From positions 507,217 to 571,216 of the forward strand of contig JBGUQC010000004.1 of assembly GCA_045130665.1 (NCBI GenBank): a stretch of 64,000 nt of DNA. Direction: 5' to 3'. Each line of letters starts with the position of its first letter. Position 1 is the first letter of the stretch. The position numbers and the translations under genes were made by a program. Below are positions 45,948 to 55,502 of this stretch, piece by piece. The DNA is from Christensenellales bacterium (GTDB lineage Bacteria > Bacillota > Clostridia > Christensenellales > CAG-917). Below the pieces are notes generated by a model. It was not told the DNA's origin. It ran no database searches and was given only the letters and a program-made list of their open reading frames with translations.

Positions 45948-47909
45948 TTAATCGTTTACAGAATCCTTATCTTTAGATTCGTCGGACTCTTCTTCTTTTA
46001 GTTCCTTAACTTCTATTGATTGTCCTACTTTCTTTGCTTTTTTAGCAGCTTTTTCATCTTTAATCTTAATTTGAGCTTGTATCTTTGCACGATATGCTTC
46101 GCCTTTTGCAAGTTCTTCTTGCCATGCTTTTTCTTCCTTTTCAGCTTTAATGCGTGCTTTTTCTTCTTTCTTTGAAATTTGTTCCGGAGTCATCTTAGCA
46201 AGTCGAGCAGCTTTCTTTTCTTCCATACGTTTTGCCTTTGCTTGTGCCTTTTCTGCTGCAATACGTCTCTTTTCTTCTTGCTTTGCACTAGCATCTGCCA
46301 TCTTTTGTTTATGCTTTGCAAGTTCTTCTTCAAAGTTAAGACCCTTCTTTTCGCATTTAACTTTAAGTTCTTGTTCAAAGATTTCTTCACTTTCCTTTAG
46401 GAATTGTGCTTCTTCTTGTTGTGCTCTAGTTTCTGGTTCTATCCATTCTTCTCCACGTGCTAAAGTTTCTGCCTTTTTATATTCGTTTATTTTTGCTTGC
46501 TTTCTTGCAATTGTTTTTTCAATATTTAAGAACATTAATAAAACTGCCATAGCTATTCCAGTTATTGCTTCTAATCCCACGAATGAGAATGTTATGACAT
46601 TTGTTACAGCTTTGGATTGTTCATAAGCAACTGTTACGCCATCTATAAGCTCTGGAGCAACATATCCTGCATTTGCTATTAATGCATTAAATACTGATGT
46701 TGCAATACCTACTGTTGCAACGGCAATAATGTTATATACAGACATTGCAATACCATCACAACGGACACTACTCTTCCACTCTATATGATCCAGTCCATCT
46801 GCAAAGAGCGCCATAAAGACATATGCACAAGGAAGTCCACCTATGTTCTTAATAAATTGTCCAACAAGAACCACATATATATTTGTAGGCGTCATCCAAC
46901 AAATTGCACTACCTAAAGCATACAAGAAGAACCCGACAACTGTAATATTACGTTTGCCAAATTTTTGTGCTAAAGGTCCTACAATAAATATACCAAGTCC
47001 CATAGGTATGCCACCTATTATAGAAATAAGCATTTGTGTTTTCCCATCATTATAAGTGCCAAGAACATAGTTGCAATAATAAACGAGTCCAAGGTTTTTA
47101 ATTGAAACACTAACTGTATAAATAAGGAAATAAATAAACATTATGAGCATATACTTGTCTGTAAGAACAACTTTGAGTTGAATTAGGAAAGATATCTTCT
47201 CTTCCTTACCCATGTTTTCTTCGGTTACACGCTCTTTTGTAAAATAATATTCAAGTAATGTGAGAGGTAATGCAATGATAGATATTATACACATTACAAG
47301 CATCCATCTTCCTCTATCAACACCCAAGAATGGCATGATTAAAACTGGGAAAACAAGTGCTACAATAATACCACTCGTCATAACAGTTGATATTTGATTA
47401 AATACTGCCAATTTGCCACGTTGTATTGTATTTCTTGTTGAAAGTGGACACATCAAGCTATGACTCATTGAGAATATTGTAAATGCGAATGAATAGAATA
47501 AGTTATAAGAGACTGTTACCCAAATCGCTTGAATTCCTAAGTTTGCATTTGGTACTGCAAAAAGTAAGAACCCAGAAATGGCCACCAAAGGAGCAGACAA
47601 AAGCAACCAAGGACGAGCTTTACCCTGTTTTGTCTTCGTACGGTCTATAAGATAACCCATAATTACATTTGTAATTGCATCAATAATCTTAGATGCCAAA
47701 GGGAAAGCAATAAGGACAAATCCATTCCAGATTGTTGCCAACTTTAGAACATCAGTATAATAAACGTTCAAATATGTCCCAAGAATAGCGTTTAATAAAA
47801 TAGCACCACTAGGTCCAATTAAGTATCCGAGCCATTTCTCTGAGCCTTGTACATTTTTTGAATGTATGCGACTATTAAATATTCTCAAGTTCATTAAGCT
47901 TTTTTCCAT
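45948..47909 (-). CDS. GPH-family symporter, paralog A, with about 190-aa Lys/Glu-rich C-terminal tail
   Basis: 653 aa. [35 protein letters not shown]. Confidence 0.8.
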   Translation of the reverse strand: MEKSLMNLRIFNSRIHSKNVQGSEKWLGYLIGPSGAILLNAILGTYLNVYYTDVLKLATIWNGFVLIAFPLASKIIDAITNVIMGYLIDRTKTKQGKARPWLLLSAPLVAISGFLLFAVPNANLGIQAIWVTVSYNLFYSFAFTIFSMSHSLMCPLSTRNTIQRGKLAVFNQISTVMTSGIIVALVFPVLIMPFLGVDRGRWMLVMCIISIIALPLTLLEYYFTKERVTEENMGKEEKISFLIQLKVVLTDKYMLIMFIYFLIYTVSVSIKNLGLVYYCNYVLGTYNDGKTQMLISIIGGIPMGLGIFIVGPLAQKFGKRNITVVGFFLYALGSAICWMTPTNIYVVLVGQFIKNIGGLPCAYVFMALFADGLDHIEWKSSVRCDGIAMSVYNIIAVATVGIATSVFNALIANAGYVAPELIDGVTVAYEQSKAVTNVITFSFVGLEAITGIAMAVLLMFLNIEKTIARKQAKINEYKKAETLARGEEWIEPETRAQQEEAQFLKESEEIFEQELKVKCEKKGLNFEEELAKHKQKMADASAKQEEKRRIAAEKAQAKAKRMEEKKAARLAKMTPEQISKKEEKARIKAEKEEKAWQEELAKGEAYRAKIQAQIKIKDEKAAKKAKKVGQSIEVKELKEEESDESKDKDSVND

Positions 47910-47969
47910 TTTTTTTCCTCTTTCTAAGCCTTCTTTATTTTAATTCTAAAAAATATCATATTTTTATTT

Positions 47970-48007
47970 ATTGCATAATTGTTTCAAATATAGTACGATT
48001 GTTTCAA
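47970..48007. promoter_or_regulatory. Candidate AraC-type operator upstream of the transporter-rhamnosidase operon
   Basis: The 22-mer attgcataattgtttcaaatat (47970..47991) is identical to 51421..51442. attgtttcaa is repeated at 47978 and 47998 (20-bp spacing). Confidence 0.6.
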
Positions 48008-48008
48008 A

Positions 48009-48818
48009 TTACTTTAAAATACCATCCTTATATGAAACACCGAATGCTTCTGCCAATAGTTTTAACTGATCATCTTTTATTGTGTTTATTCTTGGCAAAT
48101 GTGCAGTGAGCATATAGATATTTGCTGCTTTTTCAACTGTTTCAACCAATCCGAAGGTTTCATCAAGAGTTTTGCCTGCGCCATAAATGCCATGAAGTGC
48201 CCAAATGACAACACGTGATGAACGCATCTTTTCAGCGGTTGCTACGCCGATTTCTTTTGTTCCACACAACATCCAAGGTAATACTTCTACACCATCTGGG
48301 AATACTACAATACATTCTGTACTCATTTGCCATAGCGTATGAGTAAATTCATTTGTATCAAGACTATGAACATATGTCATAGCTAATAAGTTTGTTGGGT
48401 GTGTATGCATAACTACTCTATTATCTTTGTCAACTCTCAAACGTTGAATATGACTCATAAGATGTGATGGAAGTTCGCTTGTAAATTTTCCTCCATCTGC
48501 ATATCCCCACAATAGTTCTGCATCTAAACCATCTTTAGAAATGCGAAACAATCCCAAATTATTTTCTGGATCCTTTTTTATGTTTTTGAAATATTTGCCT
48601 GTTCCAGTAACTAGAAAATATCTTCCTGCTAGTACTTTTGCATCAAACCCAATTGGGATCACTCTTTTTACTGAATTGATATCAAAATATTTCGAAACTT
48701 CTTCTTCATATACTAGATAGCTTATGTTTCCACCGTTTCTTTCGTCCCATCCTAAACGATACATGTTTTCTGCTGTATCACATAATTCTTGTATAAATGG
48801 TATTTCGTACGCTTTCAT
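48009..48818 (-). CDS. rhaD: Rhamnulose-1-phosphate aldolase
   Basis: Start moved to ATG 48818 (GAGGTGG RBS). GWDERNGGN, VTGTGKYF, SELPSH, STECIVVFPDG are colinear with E. coli RhaD. Confidence 0.9.
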   Translation of the reverse strand: MKAYEIPFIQELCDTAENMYRLGWDERNGGNISYLVYEEEVSKYFDINSVKRVIPIGFDAKVLAGRYFLVTGTGKYFKNIKKDPENNLGLFRISKDGLDAELLWGYADGGKFTSELPSHLMSHIQRLRVDKDNRVVMHTHPTNLLAMTYVHSLDTNEFTHTLWQMSTECIVVFPDGVEVLPWMLCGTKEIGVATAEKMRSSRVVIWALHGIYGAGKTLDETFGLVETVEKAANIYMLTAHLPRINTIKDDQLKLLAEAFGVSYKDGILK

Positions 48819-48826
48819 ATTCCACC

Positions 48827-50071
48827 TCACTTGCGATCAATTAAAACATCCTTTTCATATTTTTTGATGTTTTCAAACCAATCCTCATTCATTTTTTCTC
48901 TTTGTAAATATTCTTCCCAAACAGCACCAAATGGCATTGTCTTCATGCGCTCTTTAAGTGCCATGAGTTCACTAAATTGTGCACCATCTTGTAATTCACG
49001 TTCTTTGTTGTATGGTTGCAAAGCTGCAAATAAAAGTGCTTTTCTCATATTTCTAGCACCTACAACCCAAGCAGAAAGTCTATTGATACTTGCATCAAAA
49101 TAATCAAGACCAATCAATACTTTTTTCTCTGCTCCATTTCTAATGATTTCTTTTGCTATTTCTTTAAGTTCATCCTCAAATAAAACTACGTGATCGCTAT
49201 CCCATCTAACGCCTCTAGTTACATGGAGTGCAACCTTATCATAGAATGCAAGCAATGATGGAATCTTATCTGATACATATTCAAGAGGATGATAATGTCC
49301 ATTATCAAGGAGACAACAAATTCCACTTCTTGCTGCATAATTTTGATAAAACTCATTACTTCCAACCGTGTAACTTTCAACGCCTATACCAAATACTTTG
49401 CTTTCAACTGCAACAATAACTTTTGACTTGTCATAATCCATTGCAAGAATTTCATCAAGTGATTCTTTAAGGCGTAGTCTTGGGGACAATCTATCTGCAG
49501 GAACATCTTTGTACCCATCTGGAATCCAAATATTCATAAGAGTTGGTGTGCCCATTTCGCTAGCGAAGTACTCGGAAATTGCTATACATGTTTTACAATG
49601 TTCAATCCAGAACTTGCGAATGCTCTTATCTGGAGAGGAAAGTGTTAACCCGTCTTTTACCTTTGGATGTGAAAACATTGTTGGATTAAAATCAATTCCA
49701 TCAAGCCCAATTTCTTTTGCAAATTTTACCCATGGTTCAAAATCTTTAGCACAATAGGCATTTCTGTCTACATTTTTGCCATTTAAAATAGCATAATTTG
49801 CATGTATGTTTAAACGTTTCTTTCCTGGAATGAATGCAAAAGCATATTTGATATCTTTTTTAAGTTCTTCAAAATTACGTGCACGTCCAAAGTAATTTCC
49901 TGTTGTTTGAATTCCTCCGGACAAGTTTCCACCACCATCAAATCCTACAACGTCATCTCCTTGCCAACAATGGATTGAGATTGGTATATCTTTGATCTTT
50001 TTAATTGCTTCTTCGGCATTGATGCCAAACTGTGCATATTTATTTTTTGCTATTTCAAATTCGTTATTCAT
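48827..50071 (-). CDS. rhaA: L-rhamnose isomerase
   Basis: 414 aa. HCWQGDDV, GGIQTTGNY, NIWIPDG, VESKVFGIGVESYTVGSNEFY, RWDSDHVV are colinear with E. coli RhaA. Confidence 0.95.
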   Translation of the reverse strand: MNNEFEIAKNKYAQFGINAEEAIKKIKDIPISIHCWQGDDVVGFDGGGNLSGGIQTTGNYFGRARNFEELKKDIKYAFAFIPGKKRLNIHANYAILNGKNVDRNAYCAKDFEPWVKFAKEIGLDGIDFNPTMFSHPKVKDGLTLSSPDKSIRKFWIEHCKTCIAISEYFASEMGTPTLMNIWIPDGYKDVPADRLSPRLRLKESLDEILAMDYDKSKVIVAVESKVFGIGVESYTVGSNEFYQNYAARSGICCLLDNGHYHPLEYVSDKIPSLLAFYDKVALHVTRGVRWDSDHVVLFEDELKEIAKEIIRNGAEKKVLIGLDYFDASINRLSAWVVGARNMRKALLFAALQPYNKERELQDGAQFSELMALKERMKTMPFGAVWEEYLQREKMNEDWFENIKKYEKDVLIDRK

Positions 50072-51387
50072 TATGATTCCCTCTTTTTCATTTGGATTTT
50101 TAAATTACCTATAGCTGTCGCTTCTATTGGAAGTGCAACGACTTTTATATTGCAATATTTTTGTGTTAAATCATTAAGTAATATGTTTTTAGCTCCACCG
50201 CCAACAATATATAGTTTTTCAAACTTCTTGCCAGTATTTTGTTCAAGTTCTTCAAGAGCCTTTTTATAACCAAGTGCCAAAGATTTGTATGCACAACGGA
50301 AATAATCTGATTCCATCTTTGGACGACTATTCTTGTCAAAGCAACTATCAAATGCTTCTTTCATGCTCTCTGGTGCCAAAAACTTTTCGTCTGTTACATC
50401 AACACTACCCTCAAAAGTGCTTACTGCTGCTGCTTGTGCAATAGTAGAGAACGATTTATCTTTGCATAATTCTTTTTGCAAACATTGAACCAACCATAGT
50501 CCCATAACATTCTTTTGATAACGTACGTAATCGACTCCGCCTTCATTTGACCAATTCTCGTTTTTACTTACATCATCTATTTTTGCTGTATTTGTCTTTA
50601 TTCCAAGAAGAGACCATGTGCCTGAAGAAATATAAGGTTGATCAAGTTCGATAGGAATTGCCTCTACTGCGCTTGCTGTATCGTGAGATGCACAAACAAC
50701 AACCTTTGTTTGTCCCCCAACCTGCTTTGAAATATCCTTTGTTAATTTACCAACATATGTGGAAGGTTGAACAAGTTTTTTAAAAAGTTGCTTAGGGAGT
50801 TTTAGTTTCTCTATTATTTCTTTATCAAAACTTTTTGTATTAACATTCACTAGTCCAGTTGTAGTAGCATTTGTGTATTCCTTTGCTTTTACTCCAGTTA
50901 AAAGATAATTCAAAAACTCTGGAATCATTAAAAAATCAGTCGCAACACTTAATCTATTTCTCATTAAATCGTCATATAATTGATAAATAGTATTAAAAGG
51001 TTGGTATTGTATTCCAGTCTTCTTGTATAATGAATCAAAAGAAATAATGCTATGTACTTGATTAATTGCTTCTGATGTTCTTGCATCTCTATAACTTAAA
51101 CATGGTTTCAAATAACCATTGTCAGTTAAAATGACGTAATCCACACCCCAAGTATCAATAGCAAGCGATTCTATGCTCTTATACTTTTCAAATGCTTTCT
51201 TTATTCCTATCAGTACTTGAGAATAAAGTGATTCAATATCCCAAACCAAATGATTGCCCTTCTTTTTTACACCGTTGGAAAAACGATAAACCTCATCGGT
51301 AATAAGATATCCATCTTTTTCATATCCGATGATGTGTCTTCCACTAGAAGCGCCTATATCAATAGCTAAATAACATTTCTCTTCCAT
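50071..51387 (-). CDS. rhaB: Rhamnulokinase
   Basis: FGGY-kinase N-terminus MEEKCYLAIDIGASSGR. The ORF-track start at 51438 is a TTG without an RBS and would overlap the operator boxes, so ATG 51387 is preferred. Confidence 0.85.
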   Translation of the reverse strand: MEEKCYLAIDIGASSGRHIIGYEKDGYLITDEVYRFSNGVKKKGNHLVWDIESLYSQVLIGIKKAFEKYKSIESLAIDTWGVDYVILTDNGYLKPCLSYRDARTSEAINQVHSIISFDSLYKKTGIQYQPFNTIYQLYDDLMRNRLSVATDFLMIPEFLNYLLTGVKAKEYTNATTTGLVNVNTKSFDKEIIEKLKLPKQLFKKLVQPSTYVGKLTKDISKQVGGQTKVVVCASHDTASAVEAIPIELDQPYISSGTWSLLGIKTNTAKIDDVSKNENWSNEGGVDYVRYQKNVMGLWLVQCLQKELCKDKSFSTIAQAAAVSTFEGSVDVTDEKFLAPESMKEAFDSCFDKNSRPKMESDYFRCAYKSLALGYKKALEELEQNTGKKFEKLYIVGGGAKNILLNDLTQKYCNIKVVALPIEATAIGNLKIQMKKRES

Positions 51388-51420
51388 GATTCCATTGTAT
51401 ACTATGTTACTGGACAATAG

Positions 51421-51458
51421 ATTGCATAATTGTTTCAAATATGATATTATTGTTTCAA
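51421..51458. promoter_or_regulatory. Candidate AraC-type operator in the rhaB / regulator divergent region
   Basis: Same 22-mer (51421..51442). attgtttcaa at 51429 and 51449 (20-bp spacing). Overlaps a plus-strand TTGCAT-17-TATTAT promoter-like element for the regulator gene. Confidence 0.6.
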
Positions 51459-51471
51459 CAAAGAGGGCAAA

Positions 51472-52683
51472 ATGGATAAAAACATCGATTTAGAATATTT
51501 ATGTAGTAACCTAGGAAATCTTTCTGCAATGCCTGTAAGGCTTTATCAAAGAAACGAGCAACTCTTTTATTATTCAATTATTTCATTGCCTGTGGACCCT
51601 GTTGTTCCTTATCTAGACAAAGTATTTTCTGTTGAAAACCATGTTGGATATTTCCTTGCCCCTCATGATTATATATATGGTGTATGCAATTTTGAGGACA
51701 AACATTTGATTGTTGGTCCTACAAGACAAGTTCCTATTACCAAGCAAGAATTAAAAGAGGTTGCTTTTGAATCAAATGTACAAATTGCTGATATAGATGA
51801 TTTTATCAATGGAATGAAAAACATCCTATCTATGCCCTTAACCAGTCTTCTTCAAATGTTAACGCAAATGAATCATGTTCTTAATAATGGAGAAAAACTA
51901 TCTTTGACAGATCTTGCAATATATGATTATGAACAAGAGAAAATGGTAGAGCATTTAGCACGTGAAGATGTTGTTAGAACAATAGAAAATAATGATGAAA
52001 TAGAACAATACTATGGACACAACACCATGGATGTTGAAAATTTCATTCTAACTGCTGTACGAAAAGGGAATGTCCCCGAATTAAAAAAATATTTCGACAA
52101 TATACCTGCTGTTCGCATAGGAATAATGGCGAACAACGACCTACGTCAAGAAAAGAATCTTCTTATAGTTACAGCAACCCTAGTTTCTCGCGAATCAATT
52201 CGTGGAGGAATGGATGCAGACGAGGCATTGGCCTTATCGGATAGTTACATTAAAAAATGCGAAATGCTTAATAGTACAGTTGCTGTTACAAATCTAACTT
52301 ATAGAATGATTATAGACTATGCAGAAAGAATGGAGCATCTCAACTTGGGAGACAAACAATCCAAACTCGCTGTTGATGTCATTAACTATATACGACACCA
52401 TTTATCAGAGCCAATCAAAGTTGAAGAACTTGCACATTTCTTATGTTGCGGAAGAAGTCGTCTATCTACAGACTTTAAAAAAGAAACCGGGGAAACCCTT
52501 TCTGAATTTATTCTTAAACAAAAGATAGAAGAGGCAAAACACCTTTTGCGATACACCAATAAACCTGCAGTAAACATAGCGTTCTTCCTTGGTTTTTCTT
52601 CACAGAGTCATTTCTCGCGAACTTTTAAAAAGTATGTTCAAATGACTCCTTTTGAATATCGTGCCTCAAGAAATAATATCTAA
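51472..52683 (+). CDS. AraC-family transcriptional regulator (rhamnose locus regulator candidate)
   Basis: 403 aa. C-terminal double HTH (LSEFILKQKIEEAKHLL...IAFFLGFSSQSHFSRTFKKY). AGAGGG RBS. Confidence 0.85.
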   Translation: MDKNIDLEYLCSNLGNLSAMPVRLYQRNEQLFYYSIISLPVDPVVPYLDKVFSVENHVGYFLAPHDYIYGVCNFEDKHLIVGPTRQVPITKQELKEVAFESNVQIADIDDFINGMKNILSMPLTSLLQMLTQMNHVLNNGEKLSLTDLAIYDYEQEKMVEHLAREDVVRTIENNDEIEQYYGHNTMDVENFILTAVRKGNVPELKKYFDNIPAVRIGIMANNDLRQEKNLLIVTATLVSRESIRGGMDADEALALSDSYIKKCEMLNSTVAVTNLTYRMIIDYAERMEHLNLGDKQSKLAVDVINYIRHHLSEPIKVEELAHFLCCGRSRLSTDFKKETGETLSEFILKQKIEEAKHLLRYTNKPAVNIAFFLGFSSQSHFSRTFKKYVQMTPFEYRASRNNI

Positions 52684-52710
52684 TACGTGTTTAAATTTAA
52701 TTTCTGGAAT

Positions 52711-52758
52711 AAAATAAAAAACCGTCCAATTCAAACTTTTTGAGTTCGGATTAGACGG
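52711..52758 (-). terminator. Terminator candidate after tRNA-Ala(GGC)
   Basis: Imperfect hairpin (ccgtc...gacgg core, about 9 bp) followed on the minus strand by ttttttatttt. Confidence 0.5.
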
Positions 52759-52762
52759 ACTA

Positions 52763-52838
52763 TGGTGGAGACAGCGAGGGTCGAACTCGCCACCTTTTGA
52801 ATGCCATTCAAACGCTCTACCAGATGAGCTATGCCCCC
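52763..52838 (-). tRNA. tRNA-Ala (anticodon GGC), CCA encoded
   Basis: Reverse complement is GGGGGCATAGCTCATCTGGTAGAGCGTTTGAATGGCATTCAAAAGGTGGCGAGTTCGACCCTCGCTGTCTCCACCA. G3:U70 is present, anticodon loop is ATGGCAT. Confidence 0.9.
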
Positions 52839-52931
52839 AAGTAATATGTATTATACATTGCCTCCTTTTTATTTTCAAATATTTTTATTATTTTGTTGTT
52901 TTATAACAAGTCCACCAATTATAATTTTGTT

Positions 52932-53711
52932 ATGACAAAATATAAGGATGACAAATTAACTCTTCTAAATTTTAGAGATTTAGGTGGTCTTGAGACTCAA
53001 GATGGAAAGAAAATTAAAAGCGGACGTATTTATAGAACCGCTATCTTTGAACCACGCACTCAAGCAGATAGGGACTTGATATCTAGTATGAATATAGATG
53101 CTATCATAGACCTCCGCTCTATTTATGAATTAGAAGAAGTTAAAGATGATGTCCCAAATAACGTTGAATATATTCATGCATCTGCATTTTCAGATGGAGA
53201 GTTTGGCAATTTAGTCCCAACAAAGAAAAAACAAAACGCTTTGTTCTTTATGTCCACAAAAGAAGTTGAAAGCCTAATTCCACTTATGCATAGAATGTAT
53301 GCTTTCCTTCCTTATGCAACTCAAGCATATTCTCCAATCTTTAAATGTATGAACGAAAATAAAAATTTTGCATTCCATTGTACTGCTGGAAAAGATAGAA
53401 CAGGTGTTGGCGCTATGCTTGTTGAACTTGCTCTTGGTAGAAACCATGAACAAATTGTTGAGCAATACCTTCTCTCTAATGAGACAAGAAAAGATTGGAT
53501 TAAACGCACTAAGTTTAAGGTATCCCTTCTTCCTATGTCTAAAGGCAAAAAAGAATTTGCATACTTTGCAATGGGCGTTGCACAAAGCCTAATTGATAGT
53601 GCATATAATGCAATTTTTGAAAAATATCAAACAATAGATGATTTCCTTTTAGATGTGTATGGCATCACAAAGGAACAAATAGATTCGTGGAAAACTAATT
53701 ATTTAGAATAA
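52932..53711 (+). CDS. Protein-tyrosine/dual-specificity phosphatase (Y_phosphatase3-like)
   Basis: CX5R active site HCTAGKDRTG. The ORF-track start at 52893 is TTG, so the first ATG at 52932 (MTKYKDDKL) is preferred. Confidence 0.75.
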   Translation: MTKYKDDKLTLLNFRDLGGLETQDGKKIKSGRIYRTAIFEPRTQADRDLISSMNIDAIIDLRSIYELEEVKDDVPNNVEYIHASAFSDGEFGNLVPTKKKQNALFFMSTKEVESLIPLMHRMYAFLPYATQAYSPIFKCMNENKNFAFHCTAGKDRTGVGAMLVELALGRNHEQIVEQYLLSNETRKDWIKRTKFKVSLLPMSKGKKEFAYFAMGVAQSLIDSAYNAIFEKYQTIDDFLLDVYGITKEQIDSWKTNYLE

Positions 53712-54671
53712 ATGAAAAGCAATCGTTCCCTTTTAGGTTCTTTAATACTATTTATAGCCGCATTCTTATGGGGAACTTCTTTTGTTGCTCAACGTATTGC
53801 ATCTAACTTTTTAACATCTGTTGCATATAATGCAATAAGAATATCAATAGGAACTTGCGTTTTATTTATCGTTATAGTTCTTTCGGACATTATAAAACAT
53901 AAATTTAACAAGCCTATTAAAAAGTTTAATAAAGCAACTATAATAGGTGGAATTATTTGTGGCTTTTGTGTTTTCTTTGCAACAACCACTCAACAAATCG
54001 GATTAGAAACAACTACTGCAGGAAAATCTGGTTTTATTACAGCACTCTATGTTGCATTTGTTCCAATAATAGGTTTGCTTATTAGCCGTAGAACACCTGC
54101 CCTTGGATGGATTGCAATACCAGTTGCTATTTTAGGTTTTGCTTTGATGAGTATATCTAGTGATATGACAGTAACAATGGGAGATGCTATAACACTTATG
54201 TGCGCACTACTCTTTAGCTGCCATATCTTGCTTCTTGATATGTTTGATGATGTAGATCCACTTAAAATCACATTCGTCCAATTCTTCACTGCAAGCATCA
54301 TAGGTATTATTTGGATGTGTGCTTCTAACCAAATTCCTACACCATCTCAAGTAGCAGATTGTATTGGACCTATCCTATACGTTGGAATCCTCTCTACGTG
54401 CTTTGCATACTCTTGCCAAACAATTGGCCAAAGAATGGTTGCACCGGCCTTAGCGACGCTTATAATGAGTCTAGAGTCCGTTGTAGCATTAGTTGCTGGA
54501 GCAATCATATTACATGAAAGTGCATCCGTTAAAGAAGCAATCGGTGTAATACTTGTATTCATTGCTGTCATGATAGCTCAACAAGCACCATATAAAGTTT
54601 TCTTAGATGATGATCTTACAATAAATAAAAAAGGCGAAGTCGTTAAAAAACGCTCCGCCATTCAATATTAA
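53712..54671 (+). CDS. DMT-superfamily (EamA) transporter
   Basis: 319 aa, 10 TM helices, two EamA halves. Start abuts the phosphatase stop. Confidence 0.75.
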   Translation: MKSNRSLLGSLILFIAAFLWGTSFVAQRIASNFLTSVAYNAIRISIGTCVLFIVIVLSDIIKHKFNKPIKKFNKATIIGGIICGFCVFFATTTQQIGLETTTAGKSGFITALYVAFVPIIGLLISRRTPALGWIAIPVAILGFALMSISSDMTVTMGDAITLMCALLFSCHILLLDMFDDVDPLKITFVQFFTASIIGIIWMCASNQIPTPSQVADCIGPILYVGILSTCFAYSCQTIGQRMVAPALATLIMSLESVVALVAGAIILHESASVKEAIGVILVFIAVMIAQQAPYKVFLDDDLTINKKGEVVKKRSAIQY

Positions 54672-54681
54672 TTATTTATAA

Positions 54682-55491
54682 TTATTTGTTTGCTTCTGCT
54701 TCTTTCTTTTGAGCTTCATATCTTGCTAATTTGCCATATTCCATGTTCCAATAAATTGTACGTACTGGTGGACAAATAGCCATTAAGAATCTTGAGAATG
54801 TAAATAACTTAGATGGATTTACATACTTTCTTCCCTTTGCTAATCCTTTGTAGAAGCACTTTGCAACGTGTGTTGGCTTTTGTACTGGGAATGGTTTCTC
54901 TCTAATAACCTTTCCACTGCCTTCAGCTGCTTTCTTGAAGAATCCTGTATCTGTTGCAATTGGATATAATGTTGTAAGTTTAACATTCTTTGGCATCTCA
55001 AGTCTGATACCTTGTTGGAATCCTTGCATTGCAAACTTACTTGCACTATATAGTGTGTATCCTGGAATTGCCATCTTGCCAATTGCAGATACTGTAATTG
55101 CAAATCTTCCTTCTTTACCATTTAAGTATTCAACATACTTTTGATATGAATAAATTGGTGAGAATACATTTACTTTGAAAATGTTCTCTACTCTTTCCCA
55201 ACTTACATAGTCCATAACCTCATAGTATGGGAAACCTGCATTAGCAATAAATAGGTCAATAGATCCAAGTACTTCAGTTGCCTTATCAAAGATTGAATCT
55301 ACGTTTTCTTTTTTAGATACATCACATACAAAAGGGATAACTTTTTCTTTGTCAAATTCTTCAATCTTGTCTGTACGTAAATCAACAGCAAGTATCTTGT
55401 TGTCTTCTGCTGCGAGTAATTTTAGTGTTTCTAAACCAATACCGCTGTTTGCACCTGTTAAAACAATAGTTTTACCTGTAACTTTTTTCAT
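54682..55491 (-). CDS. Short-chain dehydrogenase/reductase (SDR)
   Basis: 269 aa. TGANSGIG cofactor motif, YSASK catalytic motif. Confidence 0.85.
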   Translation of the reverse strand: MKKVTGKTIVLTGANSGIGLETLKLLAAEDNKILAVDLRTDKIEEFDKEKVIPFVCDVSKKENVDSIFDKATEVLGSIDLFIANAGFPYYEVMDYVSWERVENIFKVNVFSPIYSYQKYVEYLNGKEGRFAITVSAIGKMAIPGYTLYSASKFAMQGFQQGIRLEMPKNVKLTTLYPIATDTGFFKKAAEGSGKVIREKPFPVQKPTHVAKCFYKGLAKGRKYVNPSKLFTFSRFLMAICPPVRTIYWNMEYGKLARYEAQKKEAEANK

Positions 55492-55502
55492 ATCTATACC
55501 CC

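Noticed and set aside
44054-47909. The tandem duplicated segment as a mobile element or assembly artefact
   Set aside because: The two copies are diverged paralogs with many amino-acid differences throughout. Both frames are intact, and there are no terminal inverted repeats, no transposase and no target duplication.
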